64,000 nt of DNA from an uncultured Verrucomicrobiae bacterium (GTDB lineage: Bacteria > Verrucomicrobiota > Verrucomicrobiia > Limisphaerales > Palsa-1400): assembly GCA_963707025.1 (NCBI GenBank), contig CAVPOM010000006.1, positions 766,094 through 830,093 of the forward strand, in the 5' to 3' direction. The notes under the pieces were generated by a model. That model saw only the letters and a list, made by a program, of their open reading frames with translations. It made no database searches and had not been told where the DNA came from. The position numbers were made by a program, and so were the translations under genes. Below, in pieces: positions 63,819-64,000 of the stretch. Positions within the stretch are counted from its first letter, which is position 1, and each line of letters opens with the position of its first letter.

Positions 63819-64000
63819 CGGTTCCAAAATCAAAAGGAACCAGTATCGGAAAACGGAGCCGAAGAACGGAAGAAAATCCAGCCGCAAGAAAAATCAAAGG
63901 GGAGAAGAAGGAAGAAGATTTTTCAGCGAATCCTCCGAAGAAAATCCACAGGAAGAAGATCCCATTCTAAACCGCCCGTTTTGCATCCATTCGACTTCGC

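Larger units (their letters stand above)
60734..64000 (-). mobile_element. IS21-family element with two extra genes (ends uncertain)
   Basis: Four co-oriented overlapping ORFs; TGT abuts the istB stop codon. Confidence 0.65.

Overview
High-GC bacterial chromosomal window, probably Verrucomicrobiota (inferred from the gene families present, not proven). Many genes are broken by single-base indels, most likely assembly errors. The left and middle parts carry zwf-pgl, glnK-amtB behind a sigma54 promoter, an ECF sigma / Ser-Thr kinase module, pdxH, a GH2 glycosidase, apgM, an MFS transporter and a partial T2SS/T4P operon. Two regions stand out. (1) At about 27.8-42.3 kb is a potassium-uptake locus with kdpABC but no kdpD or kdpF in the window. 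It also holds two paralogous membrane-anchored Hanks kinases (one fused to a PP2C phosphatase), an APC permease, two KdpE-like regulators and a porin. Sigma54 motifs precede kdpA and the permease, KdpE-type boxes precede the kinase and the regulator, KdpB has a Ser/Thr-rich insertion, and KdpA and the permease share DxxGxP loop repeats. (2) From about 54 kb is a mobile region around tRNA-Phe. It contains an att-like tmRNA/tRNA-Ala 3' fragment, a truncated HUH Rep, an integrase, an HTH gene followed by two membrane-anchored coiled-coil proteins (the second an NxD-type McrB-like GTPase), a YrhB/Imm35 gene, and an IS21 element with two extra overlapping genes. No CRISPR array or rRNA was seen.
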